From the NCBI GenBank assembly GCA_963765495.1, contig CAVXWP010000002.1:541476-605475 (forward strand): DNA of 64,000 nucleotides. Direction: 5' to 3'. The notes under the pieces were generated by a model. It had not been told where the DNA came from and ran no database searches. It saw only the letters and a program-made list of their open reading frames with translations. Source of the stretch: Blastocatellia bacterium (GTDB lineage Bacteria; Acidobacteriota; Blastocatellia; UBA7656). Position 1 is the stretch's first letter, and every line of letters begins with the position of its first letter. Position numbers and translations under genes: made by a program. This document shows positions 33,740 through 44,661 of this stretch, piece by piece.

Positions 33740-33930
33740 TGCTGTGCCTCTTGAATCTTTTTTTTCACCTCACGTTCCTGATAAGGTTTTGCATCATCGC
33801 CAAGCTGACCAGAAACTGTAAGACGAACACCTTTTGGATGCTCATAATTTCTATGACTGCCTTTACCACCTCGATTGACAAACCCTGCTCTTTCCAAATC
33901 GCCGATCAATTCTCTGATTTTACGAGGCAT
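33736..33930 (-). CDS. hicA: Cassette: HicA toxin
   Basis: LERAGFVNRGGKGSHRNYEHP...DDAKPYQ. Confidence 0.88.
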   Translation of the reverse strand: MPRKIRELIGDLERAGFVNRGGKGSHRNYEHPKGVRLTVSGQLGDDAKPYQEREVKKKIQEAQQ

Positions 33931-34290
33931 AATCGCGTCTATGCTCTTGCAAATCCTTTCTTTCCATCACGGATATTTTTATCAACATTGCTAAACCGCT
34001 AACCCAGCCAAAACAAAGAGCAAGCTATTCTCTAACCCTGTTATGGTGACAAAGAAATACTCGCATTGTCAATCGTCCTTCTGGTTCAATTCTGGCGGCT
34101 GGTGAGCGAGCGAGCCTAACGACGAGTTCAGCGGCGCGCTGGTAGCAGAGGGATACTGAGTAGTTGGAATGCGCGTCCGCTGGAATGAGCAGTTAGGCGC
34201 GGCCTCAGCTACTTCCATCTCGCCTGAAAAACAAAGTCTTTGATGCATCTGGTTTAAGCGGCAACATTGTGTGATAGATGGGTCTCTCCA

Positions 34291-34959
34291 CTACAAAGTC
34301 TCAGGATAAAGTATCGTCGCCATTTTATCTACTCCCAAGCAAGTCAGAAAAATTTTGTCCTTCAAATCAATGATGTACTCTATGGCTAACGGACAGTACT
34401 CGCCTACTTCAAGATTCCCTATTCGCGCTTGATTTCGAGCATTCACAAACCCTCGATTATGGATATGGATGTTTCGTATCGCCTTAGCTCGATCAAGTTC
34501 ATTTGGAGATGTCTTTGCTGCTATGCATATTCGCGCAAACGGTATGTGAAACCGCTGTTCAAATACGCGATCAGCAATATCATCTATTCGCTGGTTGTTA
34601 ATCAATCTTGTGACTTGATCCCTTATCAATTGTTCCGCATCGCCCTCGGATAATGCCACCAAACTCGGTCTTGCGATAGAGATCGAAACAAGAATGTCTT
34701 CTATGTATGCTTCAAATTTTGTCATTAAGAAGATAAAAAGCACATTGGGAGTCGTATCCCTCCCTAGCCTCAAATACTCTTCGCCCTGTTTCCCAAGTTC
34801 TTGTATCTGCGCTGGATCATCAGTAGCCTTTATTTTTGCAATGAGTTCGTCCATAGAAGCCTTTCCAGCCCGGCTCACTATGCTGGCTAATAGAAATGAT
34901 TGCTCCAGATCATTATTGAAGCTTTGAAATTCCTTAGTTCTCGGTCCAAATTGCTCCAT
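34291..34959 (-). CDS. Cassette: putative HEPN-domain protein
   Basis: FEAYIED helix and RNIHIH (RxxxxH) motif. Confidence 0.6.
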   Translation of the reverse strand: MEQFGPRTKEFQSFNNDLEQSFLLASIVSRAGKASMDELIAKIKATDDPAQIQELGKQGEEYLRLGRDTTPNVLFIFLMTKFEAYIEDILVSISIARPSLVALSEGDAEQLIRDQVTRLINNQRIDDIADRVFEQRFHIPFARICIAAKTSPNELDRAKAIRNIHIHNRGFVNARNQARIGNLEVGEYCPLAIEYIIDLKDKIFLTCLGVDKMATILYPETL

Positions 34960-35089
34960 ATTTCACGTTTACTCCTTAATGCTGAAATTGAACTGTGGGT
35001 GCCAACTTAACTTCCAAGTAAAAGACCGAAGCTCAATAGGATTATACGCAAACTGACTTGAGATTCAAAAAATAAAGAGTCAGCTAGGC

Positions 35090-36295
35090 CTGAAGGATGG
35101 ACACATTTTATAAAGCAGCCTCCAAGTTGAGTTTCGTTTGAGGAGAAAGATGCTCAAACAAACTTTTATCCAATTTGAGCAAGCTGACCATCGCACTCAC
35201 CAGGCTCAGATTCCAGCCTTGTTTGCGCCGCAACGCCACTCGTCGCAGCAATCCAAAAGCTCCCTTCGCTCCTCGCACCAGCAATTTCATCCCCAGCACG
35301 ACGACGATCATCAAGGCGATTGCAAACAGCGCGAACATCCTTGACCACGCCTGCACCGCTTCGATGCGGGCTTGCGAAAAGCCCAACTCCCATTTCACGT
35401 CACGAAATCCTTGCTCACAGCCGAAGCGTCTGGCGTATTCCTCAGCCGGATGCTTTCCACGATGCCTGCGGTTAGAGAGCAGATACCAAATCTCCCACTT
35501 GCCTTCTCGGTTTCGTGCCCGGCTCATCGTCACAAAGAGTCGGTGCGGCGACGACTCGCAATACTGCACTCGGCCAAAATTGCGTTGTCGGGCATTGCTG
35601 CAAAACCTCATAGTCTTGAGATTGCGCCACACTCCTTGAAAGAAGATTTTGGTGCTGTTTTTGACCCGGATGATGTATTCAACCCCCAAGTCTTCAAACA
35701 ATTGCGCCAACTTCACATCGGCAAAGCCGCGATCTGCTGTAACGCGCAGACGGCGACGGCTCAGACGCTTCTTGAAGCCGCCAATGACACGCTTGATGAC
35801 CGCCATTTCATAACGCCGCATACGTCCTTTCAAGACCTTGGCCGAATAGGCCCGCCAATAAATCGGCAAGGCGCGCCCGCCTGTCACAAGCGAGACAACC
35901 AGCAAATGATGGTCGCCTTCAATCGTCCAATCAATGGCCAATCGCAGTTTGCCGCTTCTAGGCAACTGCTTGATGGCTTGCAAGAAGACCGCCTCGGCGA
36001 GGTCGTTTGGCGACAATCGCTGATTATGAAGCAAGCGCGAGAGGCGCTTAACAGCGGCTTCCTGATTGCCAAATTGGCGTGCCAGTTGCGCCTGATTGCC
36101 AGTCTGTTGTTCAATGATGGCGGCGACGAAATCAATAATGGCTTTGCGTTGATGACCGTGCGCCCAAGGAAGCAGCGCAGTGATATAATCAGTCAAACGA
36201 GTAGCGGAAGATTCTTTGTTTGTCATAAAACAAATCTTCCACAAGTGCATAACTTGTCGCTACTCGTTCACTTACAATATGTGTCCATCCTTCAG
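35090..36295 (-). mobile_element. IS4-family (IS10-like) insertion sequence
   Basis: 17-bp IR ctgaaggatggacacat; 9-bp target duplication cagctaggc (35081-35089, 36296-36304). Confidence 0.92.
35108..36250 (-). CDS. IS4-family transposase
   Basis: LAIDWT, GRALPIYW, ADRGF, YARRFGCEQGFRDVK. Confidence 0.9.
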   Translation of the reverse strand: MHLWKICFMTNKESSATRLTDYITALLPWAHGHQRKAIIDFVAAIIEQQTGNQAQLARQFGNQEAAVKRLSRLLHNQRLSPNDLAEAVFLQAIKQLPRSGKLRLAIDWTIEGDHHLLVVSLVTGGRALPIYWRAYSAKVLKGRMRRYEMAVIKRVIGGFKKRLSRRRLRVTADRGFADVKLAQLFEDLGVEYIIRVKNSTKIFFQGVWRNLKTMRFCSNARQRNFGRVQYCESSPHRLFVTMSRARNREGKWEIWYLLSNRRHRGKHPAEEYARRFGCEQGFRDVKWELGFSQARIEAVQAWSRMFALFAIALMIVVVLGMKLLVRGAKGAFGLLRRVALRRKQGWNLSLVSAMVSLLKLDKSLFEHLSPQTKLNLEAAL

Positions 36296-36933
36296 CAGCT
36301 AGGCTAAAGAAATTTTCACAATGGTAATTCAAACTTTAGAATTGCAGGGTGACAGCGAGAGCCTAACGACGAGTTCAGCGGCGCGCCAGTAGCCTCGGGA
36401 TAATGAATCGTTGGAATGCGCGTCCGCTGGAATGAGCAGTTAGGCGGATTCCTTCGCCGCTTCATCTTCTTCCTGTTTGCTTACCATATTCCTCCATTTC
36501 TCATCTCCTGTTTCGGCACAGTTTTCCTATTTCTCCATGTTGCTACCTTCTTTTCTGTGGCAGGTTTTCCTGGCTATCGTCGAGGAAGCCTATTGATGTG
36601 CCAGTTCGTCATTGCCAATCAGGTTTGTTCTGCCACATTCCTCAACAGGCAATTCAACTGCGAAGGAATCATTGAGATGCAGGTTAATCTTTGAGCAGTG
36701 CTGAAATGTCTGGATCGGGAGAAAGCAGTATCGGGTAAAGAGGGATAAGAAGCGAGCAAGTAGCTGTCCTCACGATATCTGACCTGATGAAGTTTACGCA
36801 TCACTGCTTGTTGAGTAGTGTCGCTTTTGAGATTGACGCCTAACGACGAATTCAGCGGCGCGCTGTGGCCTTCGATGCAAGCGAGGAGGTGGAAAGCGCG
36901 TCCGCTGGAATGAGCAGTTAGGCCGGTTTCATT

Positions 36934-37326
36934 TTATGCTGACGGCCACCAGTTAAATTCGATCCCAAGTGAATTCAATATCCTCACTGTCTCTGTTTTG
37001 TTTCTTTCAATAAATTTATCGTCATCGCCTGATCGTATTCCTATTTCTTGAAGTCCTACAATCTTCCCGTAGGGCCAAGCCTTTTCTGGTAGGCTGTCCA
37101 AGTAATTGGCGAGTTTGTCGATAGAAACCATTTGGCTTCCAGTTTGAGAGCCACCCCGTGCCGTTACAGAGACACCATCTCTTTGAACTACGAGAAAAGG
37201 ATTTTGCCAATCCCTTGCGTCGTGTATGGAGGTGTAATCTACGTTTTTACAAGCAGGTAGATAGACAGTTATAACCAGTATCAGAAGGGCCAGTCCGGTA
37301 TTGATAGTTGTAGGCTTATTCATCAT
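36934..37326 (-). CDS. Cassette: putative lipoprotein
   Basis: Hydrophobic N-terminus ending LPAC. Confidence 0.7.
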   Translation of the reverse strand: MMNKPTTINTGLALLILVITVYLPACKNVDYTSIHDARDWQNPFLVVQRDGVSVTARGGSQTGSQMVSIDKLANYLDSLPEKAWPYGKIVGLQEIGIRSGDDDKFIERNKTETVRILNSLGIEFNWWPSA

Positions 37327-37389
37327 ATTTCCCCACGCGAATTTCAATGAAGTAGTTCAATTGCGAAATAGATGCACATAAGAGTCTCT

Positions 37390-37418
37390 ATTCTATCTTG
37401 GGCAAGGGATTTATTCAA
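37390..37418 (-). promoter_or_regulatory. Sigma70-like promoter in shared cassette leader
   Basis: TTGAAT-N17-TAGAAT. Confidence 0.65.
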
Positions 37419-37641
37419 TTTGAGCAGATTTAGTCCTATGAGGTGATGAAATGCCTTCTGATTTGTCCATACTAAGAATCGTCGGGAGAGCGAGCGAGCC
37501 TAACGCCGAATTCAGCGGCGCGCTGGTAGCTGATGGAACACGAGACGGTGGAATGCGCGTCCGCTGGAATGAGCAGTTAGGCTGAGTCTCGCTTTATCTA
37601 TGCCGATGCCTGTTCAGGCGCTTCCTGTCTCCTTGTTCCCT

Positions 37642-37998
37642 TTATTTCGTATAGCTATCTGCTCCTAGTAAGTGTATTGATACATACGGCTCGTTTCCTA
37701 CTACCCAACTGTCGTGTGGCTCTGCTGGTACATAGAATATCATTCCTGGCTTAAGCTCATACACTTTACCATCCCTCATTGCTGCTGTTGCCTCTCCACT
37801 CACGACCATTCCCACATGTTCTACTTCGCAGTACTGCCTCCCCACTTGGGGGCCAACATGCTCTGACCACTTCCAACTTGGCTCATAAGTAGCTTTGCCT
37901 ATAGTCATATTTGCAATTTTGATTATTTCAAACTTGCCCTTCTCGAAGTACCGAGTTTCGTCAGGGGAATCAAAGCATTTAAGGATAACATCAAGCAT
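37642..37998 (-). CDS. Cassette: cupin-domain protein
   Basis: PSWKWSEHV...CEVEHVGMVVSG...PHDSWVVGNEPYV. Confidence 0.88.
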   Translation of the reverse strand: MLDVILKCFDSPDETRYFEKGKFEIIKIANMTIGKATYEPSWKWSEHVGPQVGRQYCEVEHVGMVVSGEATAAMRDGKVYELKPGMIFYVPAEPHDSWVVGNEPYVSIHLLGADSYTK

Positions 37999-38170
37999 AT
38001 TTCTCCTCTAAGTCGAAAGCAAGATCAGAAACAGAGAATAAAGCAACGTCAATGGAACATCAAATAAGAAATTACCCATGCTGCTGCGAGAGCCTAACGC
38101 CGAGTTCAGCGGCGCGCCGGTAGCTGGTGGAACACAAAACGTTGGCACGCGCGTCCGCTGGAATGAGCAG

Positions 38171-38563
38171 TTAGGCTTGGTCCAATATTTTGACATCATA
38201 TGCAAGTATATTACTGTCCACAGTTACCAGAGTCATATCCTTTTCCAATGCCTGGCATATCAAGATTCTATCAAACGGATCACGATGAATCATTGGGAGG
38301 GTGGCCAGTCTTGCTACACTCCCTTCCTTCAATGGCAGACTCTCAATCTTATGTTCGTCCCTTTGCTTTGGTATGTAACTGCCCGGAGGTTCAGGCAATG
38401 GCAGCTTCCCTATTTGATACTTGATAATTATTTCCCATAATGAAACAACGCTCAAAAACACATCATTCTCAGGGCTACGGATGGCTTCCAGAAAGGAATC
38501 TGGAAGCCGAAAATCCCCAATGATGTACCAGAGGAAAATGTGTGTATCGAGAAGGAGTTTCAT
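38171..38563 (-). CDS. vapC: Cassette: VapC PIN toxin (duplicate of 21417-21809)
   Basis: Identical translation and attC. Confidence 0.92.
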   Translation of the reverse strand: MKLLLDTHIFLWYIIGDFRLPDSFLEAIRSPENDVFLSVVSLWEIIIKYQIGKLPLPEPPGSYIPKQRDEHKIESLPLKEGSVARLATLPMIHRDPFDRILICQALEKDMTLVTVDSNILAYDVKILDQA

Positions 38564-38799
38564 CTATCTTCAAATTCTTTGATAATAGCCTCCGGCAGTG
38601 GGGCGTCGAAGTCATCAGGCACTATGAAATTCCCCGCAGCTAAAGCAAAAGGGCGAGGAGAACGAGAGGCTGAAATGATGGGTTTGATTTCAGCAACGGG
38701 CTTACCGGCCCTAATAATAATAATACTCTCGCCAGCCTCGACACGTTCGATATAGGTCAAGAGGTTGCGCTTCATTTCATCTATGGTAATTGGAAGCAT
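38560..38799 (-). CDS. Cassette: Phd/YefM antitoxin (duplicate)
   Basis: Identical to 21806-22045. Confidence 0.9.
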   Translation of the reverse strand: MLPITIDEMKRNLLTYIERVEAGESIIIIRAGKPVAEIKPIISASRSPRPFALAAGNFIVPDDFDAPLPEAIIKEFEDR

Positions 38800-38964
38800 A
38801 GGACAATTATCAAGCAGGTTTCTCATAAAATCAAACAAGGGTATGCCGAGGTCGATGCGGAGCCTAACGACGAATTCAGCGGCGCGCTAGTAGCTAAGGG
38901 ATAATGATGAGGTGGCACGCGCGTCCGCTGGAATGAGCAGTTAGGCTGAGTCCAATGACTCTCT

Positions 38965-39414
38965 TTACCAACTCACTTCCACACGCTGGTTATCAATGGT
39001 TGTAAACCCAAGTCGGCCCTCCCTGCTCATGACCTTCGTCTCTACTTCTGTCTTTGCCGTTCCCATTTGGGCACAAGGGCAAAAATCGTCATCGTAATCT
39101 TTGGCATAGATATACCCTGGAATAGTAACGCCTCTAATCCGGTTACATAGCCCCATATTCTGTAATTCTGGATAGTATACATATGCACTTTTATCTTCTC
39201 CGAAATCAATCAACAGCTTCCCGCTGGGGCGGCTATAGATATTCAACTCTGCTCGTTGCCCATTGATAGTTACTTTTGCTCGTCCTTCTATCTTCCAAAA
39301 GTGTGAGGGGTTCTTGCTGATCGCAAGATAAGCGTACAAGCCCGCGATAGAAATCAGGGGAGCCGCCAAGCAGTAGATTAAGATTCTTCTCTTTGCTTTC
39401 ACTCGGCCTTTCAT
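38965..39414 (-). CDS. Cassette: hypothetical membrane-anchored protein
   Basis: 149 aa filling the cassette; N-terminal TM segment. Confidence 0.7.
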   Translation of the reverse strand: MKGRVKAKRRILIYCLAAPLISIAGLYAYLAISKNPSHFWKIEGRAKVTINGQRAELNIYSRPSGKLLIDFGEDKSAYVYYPELQNMGLCNRIRGVTIPGYIYAKDYDDDFCPCAQMGTAKTEVETKVMSREGRLGFTTIDNQRVEVSW

Positions 39415-39471
39415 AATTGCCTACTAACGGCGAGATGTCTAACTTCCAAATAGCTTCTCTTAAGAGTTCTG

Positions 39472-39500
39472 ATTGTATGTAGAATCAGGTTGATATTCAA
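39472..39500 (-). promoter_or_regulatory. Sigma70-like promoter in shared cassette leader
   Basis: TTGAAT-N17-TACAAT. Confidence 0.65.
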
Positions 39501-39769
39501 TTGAGATAGACAATCTACAGGGGAAATTGAATTGCTTCCTGTATTATCCATACCAAGGAGCATCGGGAAACAGCGAGAGCCTAACACCGAATTCAGCGGC
39601 GCGCTGGTAGCTGATGGAACGCGAGTAGCTGGAAAGCGCGTCCGCTGGAATGAGCAGTTAGGCCAGACCCGCAGGTCGGTATGATTTCTCCTTTGATTCC
39701 ACTGGTAGGATTAGTAATAATTCCGGTCTCCATATTACAGCAGATCACACCACGCAGTCTTGATAGTTT

Positions 39770-40249
39770 CTAATTTCTCTTTTTAACTTTGATTCGAAAC
39801 TCAAGAACTCCAACTGAACCGGGACACAACTCTTCGCTTACTTTCACATTATACTTGCCAGCATCTCCGCGTTTGGGCGAGATGATCAACAACACCAGTT
39901 GGTTTTCGAACGTTATTCCATTGTCTGAGTTTGTAAATTCGTGCCGGAATATAGGCGATAAGCTGACGAAACTCGGGGATGGTTGCAATAACTCATGCTC
40001 GAACTTATCAGCACAGCTGCCGCTAACAGGGTTGAAAAGACCATTGATAGTGATAATCAACGTATCCTCTTCTTTAACCACATACTGGTCCTTCATGGGG
40101 AAAATACGTGGAAGACTAAAATTTTGCTCCGGGGCGGGGTCTTGAAGGTTGGTGTTAGGGCCATCAGAGGCCATCGAAATACTATTGGTTGCTGGAAGAG
40201 TGCAAACAAGTATGAGCAGGACAATAAGGGTAGATTTGAAATTTGGCAT
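39770..40249 (-). CDS. Cassette: hypothetical secreted protein
   Basis: Signal peptide; GAGG RBS. Confidence 0.7.
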   Translation of the reverse strand: MPNFKSTLIVLLILVCTLPATNSISMASDGPNTNLQDPAPEQNFSLPRIFPMKDQYVVKEEDTLIITINGLFNPVSGSCADKFEHELLQPSPSFVSLSPIFRHEFTNSDNGITFENQLVLLIISPKRGDAGKYNVKVSEELCPGSVGVLEFRIKVKKRN

Positions 40250-40819
40250 GGTTACCTCGCTTCTGCTCTAGGATAAATTCAAGTTTATATCTCTCCCTTT
40301 GGTCTCTGTCAATATTCAAGCAGAGGCCTAACGCCGGAGATAACCGGCGCGCTGTGGCCCCCGATGCCATCCAGAAGGTGGTATGCGCGTCCGGTTGATC
40401 GACCAGTTAGGCGCGTTCTGATTCGCAAGTATGTCACAGATAATTGCCTTCGTAATAGCCGCGCTGGCCCACTTTGCCTTTTAGCGAGGCTTTGACCTAT
40501 CCTATTAAAGAAGCGCGGCGGAGTGTGAGGCTGACTCGACAGACGAAGAGAGGTGATCGCTGGTTGCAATCTGAGGGCCAGTGAGAGTCAAACAGCACAA
40601 TTTGTAGGCAGGTAATATTGGCTGCGTTCTTGACGGCCAATGTGATTGATTCCCATCGACCAACTCCCAGCGCGCTTAACGACGAATTCAGCGGCGCGCT
40701 GTGGCTCACGATGCAATCGAGACGATGGCACGCGCGTCCGCTGGAATGAGCAGTTAGGCTTGCTTCGAATCTGATTCTCGTTGGCCTTTTGGGTTGAATC
40801 TCCAAAAAAAGCCTAAGTG

Positions 40820-41089
40820 CTATTTATGATGCGAGGAACTATCCAAAACTCTGGCCAAGAATAAAAGGCAGATAGCCACAAAACTTCCGATTAGTGCACC
40901 CCATCCAAGCCCTACCAATAGGAAACTTGGAGATGCTTCCGCAGCAAGAGGATCGTTATTGGTAGTTGTCTCAAGCGAATCCAATATGAAAATTATTACA
41001 AGGAGAATGACACTGATAAGTCCGATTATTATGGCTAAGTTCCGAATGCGGACAATTGAAGTTTCTTGATTGTGATGAGTTTGAAACAT
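40820..41089 (-). CDS. Cassette: small two-TM membrane protein
   Basis: Two hydrophobic segments; start uncertain. Confidence 0.5.
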   Translation of the reverse strand: MFQTHHNQETSIVRIRNLAIIIGLISVILLVIIFILDSLETTTNNDPLAAEASPSFLLVGLGWGALIGSFVAICLLFLARVLDSSSHHK

Positions 41090-41468
41090 AAGAAAAAGCC
41101 CCAGAATCGAATGAAATACCAGAAGGAATGATGCCTGCTCTTCAATGACAAAGCAAGAGGATCGGCAATGAGGCATAGGATAGGAAATGATTTGAGATGA
41201 GGACCAATTATTCGAGAGACTGATTCAACCCAAGAGAGTCAGCTTACGTAGAGAGGTTTGATGTAAAAATATTCGTGATGATACTTGGTTGAGATAAAAC
41301 AAACGGCACTCAAAAGAAGGCCTATTTGTTTCATCCATATCAAGAAGCAGCGGGAGAGCGAGAGAGCCTAACGCCGAGTTCAGCGGCGCGCCGGTATTTG
41401 AGGGATAATGATGAGGTGGCAAGCGCGTCCGCTGGAATGAGCAGTTAGGCTTGATCCTTCGATAATAC

Positions 41469-42353
41469 CTATTGAAATACCCTGTCAGACCTTAAGCGAA
41501 GCCGATAATGCAGCCTCAAAAATTTTGCACCCCATATGCTCAGTTGGTGGTCTGCACGAATTTCATTTTCCCTGCCTTCATAGACCCTTATGCTTTCCTT
41601 CAACGTTGAAATATACTTGATCCAAAACATATTGCCACTATCATGAACTGTAAAGTAAAAGCCTGCATCGCCAAAGCCCTTGCCAGATGAAGTTATCGAT
41701 ATTGACCCATCTTCGTGCGCCTCCGGTCGCATTAGTACAATGGCATTTCCGTTTGGGAGAGGAAAAACAACTTTTACACACGAACCTTCTCTAGCTGGTA
41801 TTTTGCACAGCGAATAACTACCTGCATATAGAACATCTTTGCTTGAGAGGAGTTGCCGAACCCAAGCCGTGTAGCGGATTGCTCCGGTTGTTGGATCTAC
41901 AAGCTGGATGATCTCACTAGAAATGCCCTGACTTGTGTCTAGTCCTGAAAGAGGTACATTGAGTTGTTGTAGTCTGCGGCTAAATAGTAAGGCGAGGAGT
42001 CGACCAAATGGATAGAAAATCCCGCACCATTGCGCCCAGGCATCTAATTCATAATTGGAGGTTCGCTCGTAAAAATCAATGACTCTAGGATTGATCCTGG
42101 AAGGATTGAAGTCAGATGCCCGAAGTAATCTAAAATCCTCTATTAGCCCAATATTTGGGATTCGTCGTTTTATGGTAAGGCCACTGTCAGATGCGAGTTG
42201 ATCAAAGAATGTGAGGCCAATACCCGAAGTCTTACCGATAGGACCTTGAAGCCAACTTTCATGTAGGAGGTCAACTTTTTTGCCAGTGAGCTGTACCCAT
42301 CGCTGGGTGATCCAATCGGAAAGGTAACCTCTTTTAGAACCGAGCCAAATCAT
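41469..42353 (-). CDS. Cassette: hypothetical protein
   Basis: 294 aa filling the cassette between attC sites. Confidence 0.8.
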   Translation of the reverse strand: MIWLGSKRGYLSDWITQRWVQLTGKKVDLLHESWLQGPIGKTSGIGLTFFDQLASDSGLTIKRRIPNIGLIEDFRLLRASDFNPSRINPRVIDFYERTSNYELDAWAQWCGIFYPFGRLLALLFSRRLQQLNVPLSGLDTSQGISSEIIQLVDPTTGAIRYTAWVRQLLSSKDVLYAGSYSLCKIPAREGSCVKVVFPLPNGNAIVLMRPEAHEDGSISITSSGKGFGDAGFYFTVHDSGNMFWIKYISTLKESIRVYEGRENEIRADHQLSIWGAKFLRLHYRLRLRSDRVFQ

Positions 42354-44127
42354 GGGAATAGTTTAACATGCCACTGCGATCAGCGCGCGCGAGCCTAACG
42401 ACGGAGATAACCGGCGCGCCGTGGCCTCCGATGCCATCCAGAAGGTGGTATGCGCGTCCGGTTGATCGACCAGTTAGGCGCGTTCTGATTCGCAAGTATG
42501 TCACAGATAATTGCCTTCGTAATAGCCGCGCTGGCCCACTTTGCCTTTTAGCGAGGCTTTGACCTATCCTATTAAAGAAGCGCGGCGGAGTGTGAGGCTG
42601 ACTCGACAGACGAAGAAAGGTGATCGCTGGTTGCAATCTGAGGGCCAGTGAGAGTCAAACAGCACAATTTGTAGGCAGGTAATATTGGCTGCGTTCTTGA
42701 CGGCCAATGTGATTGATTCCCATCGACCAACTCCCAGCGCACTTAACGACGAGTTCAGCGGCGCGCCGGTAGCTGGTGGAACGCGAGTAGTTGGAAAGCG
42801 CGTCCGCTGGAATGAGCAGTTAGGCGGCTTCCTTCGCCGATTCATCCTTCTTGAGCTTTCCTGATCATAACCCTCCTATTCTTATCTCTCGTTTCTGCAC
42901 AGTTTCTCTTCTTCCTCACAGGTCATTTCCTCTCTCGTGCGACAGGTGTTGCTCTCTTTCGTCGGGGAAGCTTTTTGATCTGCCTACTTCCTCTTTTCCA
43001 AACTCGCCTCTCTGATGCTTGTCTCAACAGGCAATCGGCTGAACAGGCTTCTTCGCCAGACAGGTTTATATGAGCAATGCTGAAAGACTGCTTTGGGAGA
43101 AAGAAGTGTCAGATGAAGGAGCAGGGATGAGAGACACAGCAGAGCAGAAGGGGATAAAGAGGCAAGAGAATCGAGCAAGTAGGGGTCCTGGCGATGACTT
43201 GCCTGGACAGGTTTCAACAGCAAGGCAAACTGAGTCGTCTCCCTTTCGTCGGTGATCTGACGCCTAACGCCGGAGATAACCGGCGCGCTGTGGCCCCCGA
43301 TGCCATTGAGAAGGTGGCAAGCGCGTCCGGTTCATGGACCTGTTAGGCGCATTCTACCTTGCAGGTTCATTACAGTTGGGCTTGTCTCACATCAAGCCGC
43401 GCTGATAGTTTGCTTCCCGTTGACCAATAAATCACAAATAGCGCGGCGCGGTGATTGTGTCAATACTGTTGGCAGACAGGTGATCTGATTGCTCCGTTTA
43501 CGATCAGTGTCGCTCATTTTCACGGATGGCTTTCCTGTGCGCCTAACGACGAGATAACCGGCCCGCTGTGGTTGAAGGGATAATGAAACGGTGGTATGCG
43601 GGTCCGGTTGATTGAGCAGTTAGGCAGCCCCTTGCCTGTTTCATTTCTTGCGCTTTGCTGGCCCTGATCCTCCTGTTTTCGTCTCACTTTCTGAGACAGG
43701 TTTTCCTACCATTGTCGGGGAAGCATCTGAATTGGCAGGTTTATCCTTCCAATCAGGTTTGACCTGCCACATTCCTTAACTGGCAATTGCCCTGCGAAGG
43801 TATCTTTTCGAGGCAGCATTGTCATTGAGCAATGCTGAACAGACTGATTCGGGAGAAAGCAGTATCAGAGAAAGGAACAGAGATAAGCGATGCGAAGAGA
43901 GTGGAATGAGAAGCGAGCAAGGGCATTGTCCTGGCGATGACTACCTGAACATGTTTTCGCATCATCGCTTTATGAGTCGTTTCGCTTCCATTGAGATATG
44001 GACGCCTAACGACGAGATAACCGGCGCGCCGGTAGCCGAGGGCTAATGAGACGTTGGCATGCGCGTCCGGTTGATCGACCTGTTAGGCGGCGGATTGCTA
44101 TTGTCTGCTCCGCTTCTGCTTCTGAAA

Positions 44128-44661
44128 TTATTCCTTCAGGATTGCGCTCTTAAATTTTACTCTGTAGCTCCATTTTCCACCAAAACCCGAATCCTCTTCG
44201 GCTAACTCTCCCTCAATGCTATCGGCGCCAATCGTCACAGATTTCCTGTTCGCTGAGGCATACGCCTTCGAGTTAGATAAATTCGGTGGCGAGAGAAAGA
44301 AGCTCATGGTGACAATTTTGCCTTCGGGTGTAATCATAAAGTGGAGCATATCATTGAATCCTACTGCATCACTGAGGGTGTCGCCTTTTTTTAGGATATC
44401 TTCAGAATAGGGGCGGTGGGTTAGCACAAGACTATACATCGGGTCACCCTGCACCTTTACTTTACGGGCATAGGCGTACTTCAATTCTACTGTCCTGTTC
44501 TGTATCAGGCTACCTTTTGCCTCGCCGATTTTCAGTTGCTGTGAGGTTACCTCGACTGGTGAGCCTTCTACTGGCGTCGGAGATTTTTCGATCGCGCTTA
44601 ACCAGCCAGTCAGAGATAACAATAACAATGCTAGGACTGCAATTACTCTCAACATCATCAC
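44128..44661 (-). CDS. Cassette: hypothetical secreted protein
   Basis: AGGAG RBS and signal peptide. Confidence 0.75.
   Translation of the reverse strand: MMMLRVIAVLALLLLSLTGWLSAIEKSPTPVEGSPVEVTSQQLKIGEAKGSLIQNRTVELKYAYARKVKVQGDPMYSLVLTHRPYSEDILKKGDTLSDAVGFNDMLHFMITPEGKIVTMSFFLSPPNLSNSKAYASANRKSVTIGADSIEGELAEEDSGFGGKWSYRVKFKSAILKE

Noticed and set aside
35372-36307. 311-aa plus-strand ORF in the IS10-like element
   Set aside because: It is antisense to the transposase and has no recognisable motifs.
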